DNA of 64,000 nt from Octopus vulgaris (lineage: Eukaryota), in contig OX597820.1 of the NCBI GenBank assembly GCA_951406725.2, positions 123,876,001 to 123,940,000 of the forward strand, read 5' to 3'. Positions 12,235-27,077 of the stretch are shown here, piece by piece (within the stretch, counting starts at the first letter, position 1; each line of letters starts with the position of its first letter). Both the position numbers and the translations under genes were made by a program. Below the pieces are notes generated by a model, which saw only the letters and a list, made by a program, of their open reading frames with translations, made no database searches and had not been told where the DNA came from.

Positions 12235-14340
12235 CGTCCATAAATGTATACATACATAAAGGTTTGTGTATGTGTGTCTGTGTATGTTTGTGTGTGTGCA
12301 TGTATGTGTGTGGGTGCGTGTGTGTATACGCATTATTCATTGCTTGAAACAGTGCTGGACCTAACGCACTAAACTGTTGGTACAATAATCAGGATATATA
12401 ATTATCGACATTCTACATTGGAATAAGTCCAGTAGAAAGATGCATTGGCACAATAACAGCAAGGTTAATTTGTAGAAACTATTAACGCAATCATTGCTTG
12501 TTTGATTTCTTCACACCAATTGCGTCCCTTCATTGATCAGTAATAGGAACATTGAAATAGCGTACAGGCTGTCACTACCCAAGTTATTTTATTCAAGTGC
12601 TAAGTATATATTCGATGATACTATTCATCGTTTTTTTCTTATTAAAAAAATCGAGGTGATTTGTTAGGTATGTTTCTAGTTGCCGCGATTCTATGGACGC
12701 ACTGTCGTTGGTTCGTAGGTTGTTATTTAAAAATAAGGTCGACAAAGTAGTTTTTGTATAACTTCATGAGAATATAGGTAATCATCTATATTGTTACTAT
12801 GTGGGTCATTAAGAAGCAATAAGAATAATAATAAAATCAATATTCGTGTCTAACGAACGTCATTTCCATTCATTTCATTTTCGGTAAGATAATTCTAAAT
12901 GTGCATCCTTTGAATCAAAGAGATGATACGCACCGGTCCTCAAGCGCTTTCGCAAATTTCTTTTGTAACTATATCACAACCTACACTGTACTATTTACTT
13001 CGACACCTCTCCATTGTAAATGGTGCATCTTTATATTTTTAAAGATACCAACCACCGAATATTTATAAGACGATATGTCTTCCCAATGTCCGCAAAATAT
13101 AAGTGAACCTTGAGGCATGTGAAAGCAGAGAGTTATAGTTAACTATATTTTTTGGTATTTCAGGCATTGATTTTGTGATTCAGTAAGCAAAATACCTAAT
13201 TCATCTGAGAGCTGCGTATCAAATATATATTTCGTAATTTTTCCTATAAGAATTACCTAGTATCTACCTGAAATACACATGTTCTAATTGCTTTTCAAAT
13301 TAAGTTAGATATTTGTCATGATTAATATATAGTAACAGAAAATAGATTTCATTTGATAACTGAATTATTATAGCTTCAAAATATAAATGATAATTCCATA
13401 CTTGCCTATACAAATATTGCTTTAACAAAACGGAAGGATAGAATGATTTACCAAAGTATAAAGGATTGTAGAAACTCGTCTAGCTAAATTTTCTGTTCTT
13501 TTAGTTATATGAACAAACCATTTTTGTTAAAGATATTTTAACTGATATTTTGTATTGAAATACCAAACATGTTTTGCATTAAAATGTGTTGCGAGAAAAA
13601 GAGAGGGAGAGAGAGAGAGAAGGGCAGACAGACAGAGGAAGAAAGATGGAGAGAGACGGAGAGAAAATGATTACACGATGAATTGTGTACTACGCAGTGT
13701 ATATTCAATTACTATATACATGTTAATCCTAGTTAGTATGCAAAAGTGAAATATAATCCTTTACGGAAGAGGAAATTGTTGACGTGGCTTAAGTAAGAAG
13801 AAAATCAAGCAAAACGATGAAAATTCATCATTTCCATAATGGTTTTGCTCTGAAAATTGAAAAGAGTTAAAAATCTACTTCATATCTTTTGTTCTCTATT
13901 TTGACTTTTAAATCTTCGTATCCATGTAATGTATTCAATGACTGAAAAGAAAATGATACATGAAATGAAATGAAATGATTGAAAAAAGTTGAAATTTTAC
14001 GAAATAATAATTAAAAAAAAATAATTAAGTAAAATACTTAAACAAGGTAAAATAAATTAAAAAAGGATATAACTTTTATTTTTATATTGGATACCCAAGG
14101 CCGACTAACGCATCAATTATAATTAAGATTCACTTTTAAAAATGATTGTCGTCTTTTGTTACTCATTTTTACAAAGTATCGTTTTCAATATCGTCTGCCT
14201 CATTCATATCCGTTATCGATTTGATTGCTGCTTTGTTTGGTCAAATCAACTGGCGAAATGTCTTAGAAATATGATTCATTTCTTTATAATCTTTCTTCTG
14301 TGAATACTTCAATTAAAAACGACTTGCTAAAGGACAAAAG

Positions 14341-14837
<497 letters not shown>

Positions 14838-14840
<3 letters not shown>

Positions 14841-15055
14841 TTCGGAATGGTCATATTGCCAGTTTAGCCAATAAAAACACACGCACTATATATTTGGTGT
14901 TATTTTGCTTCAGTGATATTTATTTTTTACATTAATCTTAATCTTATTTCGGCCAAAGTTCTTTCGTCACACTCCTGTGACCGCATCAGTGGTCCTTTGT
15001 TTTCTTCTCACTTACTTGTGTCTCTCCTTACTAACCGTCAGCCAAATATTTAAAC

Positions 15056-15056
<1 letters not shown>
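14838..15056 (-). mobile_element. PLE pseudo-LTR family 2, solo copy between (TA)n tracts
   Basis: TTTCGGAATGGTCA...AATAAAAACACACGCACTATAT is shared with 19293 and 38497; contains a hammerhead motif. Confidence 0.7.
14951..14996 (-). ncRNA. Hammerhead motif, family 2
   Basis: Minus strand: CCA-CUGAUGc-g-GUCACA(GGAG)UGUGAC-GAAA-GAACU-U-UGG. Perfect 6-bp stem II; one core substitution. Confidence 0.65.
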
Positions 15057-15121
<65 letters not shown>

Positions 15122-15247
15122 GTGCATGTACATAGCAAATGCGTAGCCCACTTTTCTTCACTTTCTGTTGGCTGATGTCTGTGTATATATGTGGGGTGGG
15201 GGCAAGCATAGACACAAACACACACAAAGACAGCGAGAGAGAGATAC

Positions 15248-15394
15248 CTTCTTTCTGTTTCCGTCTACCAAATCCTCTCACTAGACTTTGGTCGGCGCTA
15301 TGCTATAGGCTATATTACCCCATGTGTCAAGCAGTGGGATTGAAATTACAACCATGTGGTTGAGAAAGAAGCTTCTTACCATACAGCTACCTAT
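15248..15394 (-). mobile_element. SINE family A, 5' half
   Basis: Reverse complement of the 1781/52192 family. Confidence 0.75.
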
Positions 15395-15779
15395 GAAAAT
15401 AGGACCCTTTGTGTCCATCGGCGGAAAGGTGTTATATATACAATAGGATTTCATTAATTCGTAAGTCCCAACACACCCACCTTGCGATTGATAATCTATA
15501 CGGAATATGTATACTATAACTAGGCTCGAAATTTTCGTGTAAATACAGTCAGGCAATATTGATTTAAGTGTGTATGTTATAGCGTCAGAGCTATGTGATA
15601 CAGAGCGGGTATCACAGCATTAACCACGTGGAGCTGTAAAAATTTCTCTAATACCGAAGGAATATAACATCAGGCATATATTACAAAACTTCTCGTGAAA
15701 GCCTTTAAAGCGGTAAAATTTAGTACCATGTGAGATAAAATAATTAAGTTTATTAAATCCTATCTCTCAATGGTTTTAG

Positions 15780-16490
15780 AAGGCCTTCCCTATGCTTGGA
15801 AAGGAGCCATCCGGACTCCCGTTTCGTCGTGAACAGGAAATAATCTTCTCTGTTTGCTACTTTGCGTCACATGGGCTCAACTCCCCTCTTCTCTTCATCT
15901 GATAACTATTTCCTCTCTTCACACCTACCCACATCTCCTCTCTTGCTCTGACACCTACTTCCTCTCTTCACTCTACCCACCTTCTCCCTTCACTGATATC
16001 CCCACATCCTCACCGCACTCCACGCTCACATCCCCACACCCCAACACCACTACACCACATCACACAATACCAAACAAAATCACTCTGCACACGATAACAC
16101 TGGCCACTTTCCAGCACCTAGACCATCATCCACACACACATATTACAGACGCACACACACTCACACATTCACTCTTCAAAGTCACAAGCCCCTGACCACA
16201 CGCACATACATACACACTCTCTCATACACACATGCACACGCAACTTCGTTTTGAGATCACCGGTAATGTATCTCCCCTTCTTCCTAGCTCTATGTCTAAC
16301 TACGTTTTCCCCACCTATCGCCATAAATTACAGCTAACCCCACAAGTTTTTTTAATTCTCTCCCTATCTATTTCCTTGTGTTGCTTTCTCTTGAAGAGCG
16401 TGGGCTCGAAACCTTCCCGTGCGCCAAACTAATACACCCGCTTGCTGTTTCTACACCTGACTTTTGTCTTTCTGTAAATTCCAACTATAT
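15780..16490 (+). mobile_element. 3' end of a Neptune-like PLE: GIY-YIG C-terminus, CA-rich UTR and pLTR family 1
   Basis: FRREQEIIFSVCYFASHGLNSPLLFI* matches the R..E..LI..L....P.GLN endonuclease end. Hammerhead remnant CTTT-CTCTTGA-AGAGC(GTGG)GCTC-GAAAC at 16384-16412. Confidence 0.7.
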
Positions 16491-16519
16491 ATGTAATATA
16501 AATATATATATATATGAAC

Positions 16520-17020
16520 TTTAATCAATTACATATTTTACATTTTGTTTGCCATCTTTCAGACAACTTCATCATTCCGCGCTCATAGTACTTCTGATCC
16601 TTGTCAGCTTAAAAACTGAACCAAGTGCGATTTCAGCTCACTATCATTATTGAAAGGTTTACCATTTAACCAATTTTGCAAACTTCGAAACAAATTGTAT
16701 TCTGATTGTACTGGTCATGGCTATAAGGTGGATATAACATTATTTTCCCAATCAGGCTCCAATAATAGTTCACGAGTTAGCAAAAACTGTGTGGTCTATC
16801 TTTTTTCATGGTGGGACGCGATCCCGAAACGATTTGCCAATTCAGACTGTAAATTCTATACGATTTGTCAATTCACATCGAGAATCCGCTTGAAACTTCA
16901 AATATATTCAAAAATATAGTCAAATATATTCTAAAATATTTTACGTATTCTCAGTGCATTTTGAAGTTCTATTTTTCCTATATCTCATCCCGTGTACAAT
17001 AAAATAAAATTGTTTTCTAT
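16520..17020 (-). mobile_element. Internally deleted mariner remnant
   Basis: Minus-strand FRSLQNWLNGKPFNNDSELKSHL...DQKYYERGMMKLSERWQ. Confidence 0.75.
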
Positions 17021-17177
17021 CTCCGTCTTCCATTATTTGAACTTTTTCTTTTTTTTTTTGCTATATTTCTGATGAAGAGCTCCGCTCAAAACGTGAAACT
17101 CTCCTTCTTTCTTTCCTTCCGGAGCGTCCAATAAGCTATACTTATTCCACGTCTTCGCGTTCATGTTTGGATTAGCC

Positions 17178-17178
<1 letters not shown>
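17020..17178 (+). mobile_element. Diverged pLTR related to family 1, with hammerhead motif at 17066-17098
   Basis: TTT-CTGATGA-a-GAGC(TCC)GCTC-aAAA-CGTg-AAA, then TTCCGGAGCGTCCAATAA...CCACGTCTTCG, ending in (TA)n. Confidence 0.65.
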
Positions 17179-17208
<30 letters not shown>

Positions 17209-17274
17209 TATATATATATATAGATGTGTGTGTGTGTCTGTATATATATATATATTTCTCTCTCTCTCTCTCTT

Positions 17275-17319
<45 letters not shown>

Positions 17320-17525
17320 TATGGAGTACTCCATCGGTTGCGACGACAAGAGTCCCAGGTAATACGATCAAGAGAACAACCTGCTCGTGAAATTAACGTG
17401 CAAGTCGTTGAGCACTCCACAGACACGTGTACCCCTAACGCAATTCTTAGGCTGTTTGACGAAACTGGCGCTTTGAAATACAGCTACTATTCATTTTAAC
17501 CAGCTGAGTGGACGGGAACAACTTT
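17320..17525 (-). mobile_element. SINE 3' portion, family C
   Basis: Minus strand CCACTCAGCTGG...GTACACGTGTCTGTGGAGTGCTCA...GTTAATTTCACGAGCAGG. Recognised from memory as a cephalopod SINE body; single copy here. Confidence 0.55.
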
Positions 17526-18902
17526 GAGTTATTATCTTTTATTTTAACTGTGTTTGGAGCCAAATGTTTTCAGTGAATTTGGATAAATTGTAACTGATTA
17601 TACGACAGCAGGGTTGATGGCTTTGTAATTCAAAACCGACCTTACCACATACTGAGTGGCACTGATTTTGCTTCTGTATTAAGTTAAACAGGTGCATCTG
17701 TGGTTCGTTCACCTGCATAGGCAACATCTCAATCAGTATATGGACTGGCTGATAACAAAAACAGCTGGAAATGTCATCAACATGGATGGAGGATCCATTA
17801 ACTAACTCAATATAATTATTATCTTGGGGGCTAATGGAATGACGAATAAAATGTTCAAGTAAAATAGAATGATGCAAAAGGTTTGCAATGCTATGTGATA
17901 CGCTTATCATTAAATGCAGGCTGCTGACATGTCAGGTTACCAAGAAATAAGAAATGCAATGCTCTGCTTGTCTTAATTATCTATTTATGTATCGTATGAT
18001 AAGCCTTGATTGTAATTTCGTGAGCACGTAAACGATATTTCCTTCACTGTGCTTTGTGAGTGCGTGTTTATCCAATATTGTTCGTTATAGAGAAATGCAT
18101 TACTTTTAAAGTTACTTTCAGATTTTATCTAGGAAAGTAGGAAGATGAATGATTTCTCTTTGAGACTAATTTTAAATAATACTTCTTTATCTAGAATATT
18201 AAAATAAGGGAAAGAATAATTGGCCACATGTGGCCGATCTCCGAATACGAGTAACGAAATATGTAACTATATTTCCCGAAACAATATAAACTAATTTCTT
18301 TCATATATATAAGTGGAAATGTAGCATTGCATGGCCTGTGGTTGGTGTTTTTTGATTTCTTTCTCCTCTCTAGCAAAGAGACTTACTGGTTACTAGCTCT
18401 TCCTATTTACCTGTAAATATATGTTTTATTTAACATAACGTATGAGAATACAAGCATTCGCTAAATGATATACGAAATACTTGACAAGTGCAGAGATTTA
18501 GTTGAAATTTATCGAAATTAATCCGAAATTTCGTTTAACTGCATACATTATCATTAATACGATGTCACTTTGCAATATTATAGTGTGTAACTAAATCTGA
18601 TAATTAATTTAAAACGATTAAATTCGATTAATATTCATTGAATTTCATTATTATGGTACTAAGTTTCGAGATAAATGTAATAAATGACAACTGCTTACCT
18701 AATTTGTAATGCTGACAACTGCACAAAATTTAATAAATATGAGGAGCAAGTAGCATGTTATAAAAACTGCGGTGAAATCTAATAACACAAGGTTTCCTAA
18801 GTTGCTGTGTTATTAAGTGTAAGTATGTAACAATTTTATTGTGTCAGACATTAAAAGTTAAAAGTCAAGGTCCTGAAAGCTAAACATTCCATTTCTTAAT
18901 AC

Positions 18903-19260
18903 AACCACAGGGTCCCGGGTTCAGTTCCATTGCGTGGCAACTTGGGCTAGTGCTTTCTACTACAGCCTTGGGTTGACCAAACCCTTGTGAGTTGATTTAG
19001 CATATAGAAATTGGAAGAAGCCCGTCGTATATATATATGTATATATATGTAATTATTTGTGTGTGTATGTGTGTCGGTGTTTAATCCCCCACCATCGCTT
19101 GACAACCGATAGTGGTGTGCTTATGTTCCCGTTACTTAGCGGTTCGGCAAACGTTACCTATAGAATAAGTACTAGGCTTACAATGAATACGTCCTGTGGT
19201 CGATTTATTGACCTAAAAGCGGTGCTCTTGCTGAAAAAAGTAAAAGAATAAAATAATAAA
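18903..19260 (+). mobile_element. SINE family A, 5'-truncated, with 3' half
   Basis: B-box GGTTCAGTTCC, internal (TA)/(TG) tract, 3' body ATCGCTTGACAACCGAT...ATAAGTACTAGGCTTACAA as at 52680. Confidence 0.85.
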
Positions 19261-19292
19261 AGAAAGTCTATATATATCTATATATATTGTTA

Positions 19293-19815
19293 TATTTCGG
19301 AATGGCCCTTTGGCCCTTGCCAAATAAACACACGCACTATACATTTGTTTATTATGGTTCTTATTTTAAATTATATCCATTGTCTGGTATTATTTAAATC
19401 TTTTCACTCCGGGCAAAATTCTTAGCGGTATTTCGTCTACCGTTACGTTCTGAGTTCAAATTCCGCCGAGGTCGACTTTGCCTTTTAACCTTTCGGGGTC
19501 GATTAAATAAGTACCAGTTACGCACTGGGGTCGATATAATCGACTTAATCTGTTTGTCTGTCCTTGTTTACCCTCTCTGTGTTTAGCCCTTTCTGGGTAG
19601 TAAAGAAATAGGTATTTCGTTTATCTTTACATTCTATGTTTAAATTCTTCCGAGTTCGACTTTGCCTTTTATCCTTTCGGGGTCGACACATTAAGTACGA
19701 GTTGCGTACTGAAGTTGATCCAGTCGTCTGACACTCTCCTCCAAAATTTCAGGTCTTGTCCCTAGAGTAGAAAAGAATACTTAATTCTTTTCACACACAT
19801 CTCTGACATCTTGCC
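19293..19815 (-). mobile_element. pLTR family 2 interrupted by a SINE B dimer
   Basis: Homologous to 14838 and 38497 on both sides of the insertion. Confidence 0.6.
19408..19780 (+). mobile_element. SINE family B with duplicated core and 14-bp TSD
   Basis: Core GTCGACTTTGCCTTT..CCTTTCGGGGTCGA occurs twice. TSD TTAAWTCTTTTCAC at 19394-19407 and 19781-19794. Confidence 0.88.
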
Positions 19816-20341
19816 TACCCATCATTCGCAAATGAGTGGCAACCTCAAGCTTGTTTTACCCGGATTTCATAATTTTAAAGGTAGTCCCAGATGATGATCG
19901 TGACCACGAAGAAGATGGCCAATAGGTACTCATTTCTTCTTGAGTAAACTAGAGTAACGTCAGATTATATATATGCAAGGCAATGAGAGTTTAACACATG
20001 TGCGTTTAACAATGTGCGTTTAACAATGTGCGTTTAACACATTGCCTATGGACACCCGTAGTATCTATATATAGGTGGTTGTGTGTGTGTCTGTGTGGTG
20101 GGTGCGTGCGTGTGTTGTATGTGAACGTGTGCGTGTGTGTGCGCGTGTGTGTGTTTGTGTATATGTGTGTTTCTTAATAGCATGTCAAGTTACTTCCCTT
20201 TTCATATGGAACTGGTTTCATTGCCATTCGCTAATTGTGAAGAAAAACAAGTATTTATGTTGTATGATATGTTACATAACTATATTTGTCTAATTACATA
20301 CATAAACACTCATAAACACAAGTACATACGTACATACATAT

Positions 20342-20396
<55 letters not shown>

Positions 20397-20742
20397 AATA
20401 TTCGAATGGGAATATTTGGTAAACAAGCCCCAGAAGATAAATGTTCCTTCCTATCTTTCGTCCAAATACGATGTTCTTCCTCAGATGTGCATGTTAGTCA
20501 AATACATATCAACGAAATATGCATCAAATAAGAAATATATAGAACCTAGATTCGATTCGATCGCCTAAACGTTCCTGAGCGATGTCTACAAATCTGTAGT
20601 CCAAGAAATTGGAAAACGAATAAAAGTGTACAAGACATTAGAGCCATACATATCCACTTATAGGAATTAAGCATAAACACACAAATATTACGTGTGGGAC
20701 ACGCTTGTGGCTGTATGCATACATATATACATACATACTTAC

Positions 20743-20800
<58 letters not shown>

Positions 20801-21086
20801 AAGAAAATATAGGGGAGCACGTAAACCAATAGTCTAGTCTTATTTATGTTTCGTCAAACAGAAGAAAAATCACCATGTGTCAGTTAATTAATTGTTTTGG
20901 GAAGGATTTAAATCTCAGAAGATTCAGGTGTCCAATTTCAAGAAATAATCCGCTAAGAGAATGCTAACAGCTGCATTTATACCAATACTCAGCTTATCAC
21001 TATGTAATCTCTTTCAAGACAACAAATACAGAATCCCTCCTACCCTTAAGACAACATTAGTAATTAGACAACGTGCGTCTGCGCGC

Positions 21087-21988
<902 letters not shown>

Positions 21989-22288
21989 TATGTTTATATA
22001 TAAATACATATACGTGTATATATATGATAATATTTGCTGGTTTAGTATAAAGTGATCTCAGTATTTGCTTTGTCAGTATTGCTGAGCATAAATAACTGCG
22101 TAGGCTTTCGTATTCAGATTTCGGACGTCTTAGGTGTCAATTAATCGGCAGTTTACTTCATATTCTGCTATTATATTACCCACTGGACTTTTCACTATTG
22201 TTATTCGTTTCACACACACACTCACACAATCACACACAAACACAAATGCCGATTCATACATACATACATACATACATACATACATACA

Positions 22289-22324
<36 letters not shown>

Positions 22325-22330
22325 TATATA

Positions 22331-22370
22331 CTAGCTGAAGGTGACCCGCTCTACGCGCGGGTAAGAGTGT

Positions 22371-22408
<38 letters not shown>

Positions 22409-25400
22409 TATATGCACTTTGTGTATATAAAAATTATTATATATACATATTTATATATAGATACACACACACACATATATAAATTAACCCAATAAATATC
22501 TGATTCATAATATTTGTTGTCATGATTGAGTGGTTGTTGTGGCGATGATAATTCTCTCTATGAATGCAGACAGACGTAGAGAGTGAGAGTGTGTGAAAGC
22601 GCTGTGGAAGGCAGGGGGGGGATAACGGACGCTGTAAAACGACGTTATAAAGAGAAAGTGAATGTAAGGTAGGTAGACGCTGTGAAACGACGTTATAGAT
22701 AGAATGTGAAAGGAATGGAGAAAAGTGAGTGAGTGATGGAGGAAGACAGATACATAAAAGAATGAGAGTGTTGGATGTTTTGTTTGTTGGACCAATGTAT
22801 TGAGGTAGTATTGTTTTATTGTTTTAAAACGAAAGAGGCAACGTATTTGTTTCAAAAATTAAAACATCTGTAATAGTGAATGAAATTAGAATCCACACCC
22901 AGCTCAGTTTTGTAGAAAGAGTATCACGATGTGAACTCATGAGTTGGGAGTTTGACTGAGAGAGTTTATATGGTTACACATGCCAGTCCTTTCGACACCA
23001 CCTAAACAATGGAATAGTGTATAAAATGTAATTAACAACTCATTCACTTTATGAATGTCTTATGTTAGCGAAGAAACAATAACTTGACAAAACCGTTTAA
23101 TGGAGACGTAGAAGGAATCGGAAAATGAGGAATAAAGAGAATGAGTTGGATCAAATGTTTGCAAACATCTGAACCCAACGTTCTTTATGAACCATGTTCT
23201 TTTTAATGTCTTTATTTTCAAGAATGAAGAGATAATGAAGAGGTGCAAAATAAAAAATCAAGCAAAATTTCATGACTTACAATCAATTTTCTTTTGTCAG
23301 AGCCTCCTGATAAACCACGTTCCTTGTGCGCTCATGATTGCCAAGAATGAAGAGTTTATGTGGATTTCCAACTCGAGAACAGGCTACGTACAATTGACCA
23401 TGACTGAAAACCGGTTGTGACAGGTTAATGCCTACAATGTCCAGTGATTGTCCCTGTGACCTGTTGATTGTCATCGCGAAGCATAGTTTTATCGGAAATT
23501 GAAAGCGTTTAAACTGAATGGGAACATCAGAGGGTGAAATACTCATTTTATGTAGCATTTTGATTGTTCCTACAAATGGTCCACTCAAAATTTCAGCAGT
23601 TATAACATGGCTTTGAATCCTCCTAATAACCATTCGCATAATAACCATTGCATATTTCAGGCGTTTCCATATTTCTGAGCACCATGATTGGAGCACCAAC
23701 TTTCAAACACAAATGATGAGGTGGAAGTCCCGGAGGTGTTAGCTTGTTGAGTAGCTCGGGTGGATATTTGGCTGCATCATTCTCATCTTTATTTGTATCG
23801 ATGGACATGAAAGAAACTATCTCACCAGGATTCATATCAAGTACTTGTTTATTTGTAGCATGAGCTGTTGTATTATGAGGCGATAGAATAGCTCTTGCTC
23901 TTAGCCAATCGAGATCCTGGAAGTTGGTTTCGACATCAGGTAAAACGGCTCTTATAAGTTCTTCTACATTTGGAACGAAATTCCCAAAAGGCAACCGAAT
24001 ATGCTCATCCTCAACGAAAGGCAAAACTCCATCACGAAGATCTAATAGGTGTTTTGCGAAAGCCTCAGACTCCACATCACCATGTAGGTGGACTCTCATG
24101 TTTGTTTGAAGATGGCGACTGATAACACTGTGCCACACATAAGAATGCTTTATATATGCATTAACCTCATCGGCTCTAGTGCCTGCTCGGACAACAGGAA
24201 GAGTTTGTCGAAAATCTCCTGCCATGAGAAACGTAGCTCCACCCATTATTTTTGTATTGTGACGCAAATCTTGGAGAGTTCTGTCAAGAGCCTCAAACAT
24301 GGCCTTATTACTCATTGTAGCCTCATCCCAAATAAAAAGACTGCATTCACGAAGAAGTCTTGCTCTTGAGGAACTACGATCTATATTACATATAGGATTA
24401 TCTTTCTTTCCAATGTCCATGGGCAATTTGAATGCACTATGTGCCGTACGCCCGCCTTGAAGCAGTGTCGCTGCAATACCACTTGAGGCACATGCAATGG
24501 CAATTCGACGTTCAGCGCGCAGCTTTGCGAGAATCAAATTGATAACGAAAGTTTTACCAGTACCACCTGGAGCATTCAAAAAGAAAAGCTTTCCTTGGTT
24601 CAATCTAACGCTGTCAATAATTTCATTATAAATCTGTCTTTGTTCAGGCAAAAGTCTTGGTTCATCTCGCGTACTTGTTTCCGTCAATTCGGCAATGTTG
24701 TAGTTTTTTTCTGACATGTATTCAACATCCAAAGGCGCTTCATGAATCACAGGTGTTGGCAGATGGAATTCACTTAAACCGCGTATAACATAGCGTCTGA
24801 TGTGTCTGTCCATGTCGATTAATGCCTCATTATAAACATCGTCGTTGCCATCACGTAGCGCTAAATTAGCCTGTATGTCCTTTGATAGGCTCTGTCTGAA
24901 CGATTCCCAAAGGTTAAAAGGGTTGCTGGGATTACAGTGGATTAATATGCTACAAAACAATCGACGCATTTGCCATGGCAGTTTACAATTTGAGGCCTCT
25001 GCTAATGTCCTGTGTAAGTGGTCGTCATTGAGAAGAAGTCCGCACCTCAAACATGCTTCCCTGTAAGTGGCGCAGATGATACCATCATCCGTGCGAAGAT
25101 CAACAAAAGACTTTCGTCCAGTAACTACACGAAGTAGCATTCTCAAAGAGATTTCCTGTTTGGTAGGATGAATATTATACACACGTCCAATGACGTTCTT
25201 CCTAGAAACACCGGGCCAATTGTCAAGTTCTGTTCCATGTGACCTGCGCTTCCAATTATTATTGTTGTATGTGTAATATTCCGGTACTTCAGGGTAAATG
25301 AGAGTAGCAGCAAACTCATCAACTGAACACAATTTAAAAAATGCTGTAAGCGTAGTCCCTTTTGGATTTTCAATGACTTGACGTGCATTTTTCTCTGTGA

Positions 25401-26078
25401 AGTAAACCAGCTGTCTCTTCTGTAAATGAACATTCAGGTGGAAAACTGATGGTGAGCTTAGGTGAATCTCGTATCCAAAAATGCGCCACGCTGCATAATT
25501 GGAGGATACATACCTACCGAAAACGAATTGTTTAATTTCGTCATGTCTAAGGTCTTCATCACTGAACACAAACACGGCCATATCATCGCCCTTATTAATG
25601 TACTTGCAGAGGTATTGTATGCATCTCACCGAACTGCAGTACTCAACATTAATGTGTTGGAAAGCAAAGGGTTGAATGGAACGATCCAGGCATTATCAAC
25701 ATCGAATGTTTTTAGCCGTTGTCTAATTGTAGTTGTGCGGCCACCCAAACCTGGGTCACATATATGAAAGAGAGGACGGGAAAATGAAATATTTTGCAAT
25801 GTAAACATGATTTGTTTTAAGAGAAAGATTGTCATGATTGTATGTTGGTGGTGGCGATGATAATTATCATTAGGAAAAACATAAGTTGTGGCGATGATAA
25901 TTCTAGACCCCTTTTCACATTTTGATGAAGAGAACCCGATTTCATTCGGGTCTACTGGGGCCACATATAGGTGTGTGTGTGTGTGCACGCTGTAGAAATT
26001 AAATTAGAGATCAAACCACTAATAGGGAAATGAAACAGTAAAAAAACAAAAAGATAAAACTATAATATTAGATATATG

Positions 26079-26113
<35 letters not shown>

Positions 26114-26534
26114 TGACAGGTAGACAATAGAATGCGATGGAGATGGGGATGGCGATGTAATATTTGTTACTGTCCATGAACGCTGATAGATACATGAGTA
26201 AAATGTATAGGAAGGTAAGAGATAGAGTGAGTGAAAATGTTCTTGGAAGAGAGTAAATAGCGACAGAGTGATTTGAGGAAGACTTTACATTAAATAACGG
26301 TAGTTGCATTGTCAAATGAAGAGGAGTGACAGAGTACTGGAGGAAATAGGGTGAGGTAGGAAGATGGCCCCTAGCAACCACACCTTTTAAGATAGGGATT
26401 TCTAAGGTAGCCCACGCGCATCGTCACCTCGTTCTACATGTCCCTGTAAATTTTGGATCGAATCGGACGGGATGTAGTGGCATTGAAAGCGAACCAAGCG
26501 GTAAAAACGCATTTCATATAAAAATATATAGAGA
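22331..26534 (-). mobile_element. Helitron, internally deleted, both termini intact
   Basis: Minus strand 5' A|TCTCTATATATTTTTATATGAAATG (26534; a duplicated alternative start lies at 26547). 3' hairpin ACCCGC-GCGTAGA-GCGGGT, then CACCTTCAG CTAG|T at 22331. AT target, no TSD. Contains a RepHel remnant. Confidence 0.92.
23283..25765 (-). pseudogene. Helitron RepHel: end of Rep (Y2 motif) plus complete PIF1-family helicase, two frameshifts
   Basis: DNAWIVPFNPLL, YLCKYINKG (YxxKYxxK), Walker A APGGTGKT, ASSGIAATLLQGGRTAHS, IWDEATM, GDFRQTLPV, LKVGAPIMVLRN, FAMTINRSQGQSL, FSHGQLYVACSRV. 668 open codons at 23623-25629. Frameshifts near 25650 and 23640. No HUH motif seen. Confidence 0.95.
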
Positions 26535-26547
26535 TTATATATAGAGA

Positions 26548-26648
26548 TATGTATATATATATATGCATATGTATATATATATATATATATATATGTAATT
26601 ATATATATATATAAATATATGTATATATATATATATATGTGTGTGTGT

Positions 26649-26694
<46 letters not shown>

Positions 26695-26705
26695 ATATAT
26701 GTATA

Positions 26706-26779
<74 letters not shown>

Positions 26780-26790
26780 TTATTTATATG
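26548..26790. repeat. (TA)n/(TG)n array flanking the Helitron 5' end
   Basis: Directly visible. Confidence 0.95.
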
Positions 26791-27077
26791 TGCAAAGTAG
26801 CTAGTTAGAAAATCACTGTAACAGAGGAAAGTAGCAACAATGCTAAGAAGTAATATTCATTGCCACATCAATATGGCTGTTCCATAAAAGTCTACGTTAC
26901 TACAGTTTTAAACACCAGGAAAAACGTCATCCAACTGGTTATCTATGCAATCTCTACCAGAAATATATTGAAGGCAGGGAAGCGAAACTCTAGCATTTTT
27001 TAGCAGTCGATGGTATCACCACACCGTAGAGTCTCGGACTATTTGTGTCCATGAACAGTGGCGAACACCGTGCTACA

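Noticed and set aside
17539-17910. 123-aa minus-strand ORF in non-repetitive-looking sequence
   Set aside because: No recognisable domain or splice context; may be a decayed transposon. Needs a homology search.
19989-20040. 14-bp tandem repeat AATGTGCGTTTAAC, about 3.5 copies
   Set aside because: No spacers; a local slippage minisatellite, not CRISPR-like.
26880-26940. Additional hammerhead-like remnants (also 57215-57250 and 61560-61600)
   Set aside because: Stem III-like palindromes are present, but the cores and stems are too decayed to call.
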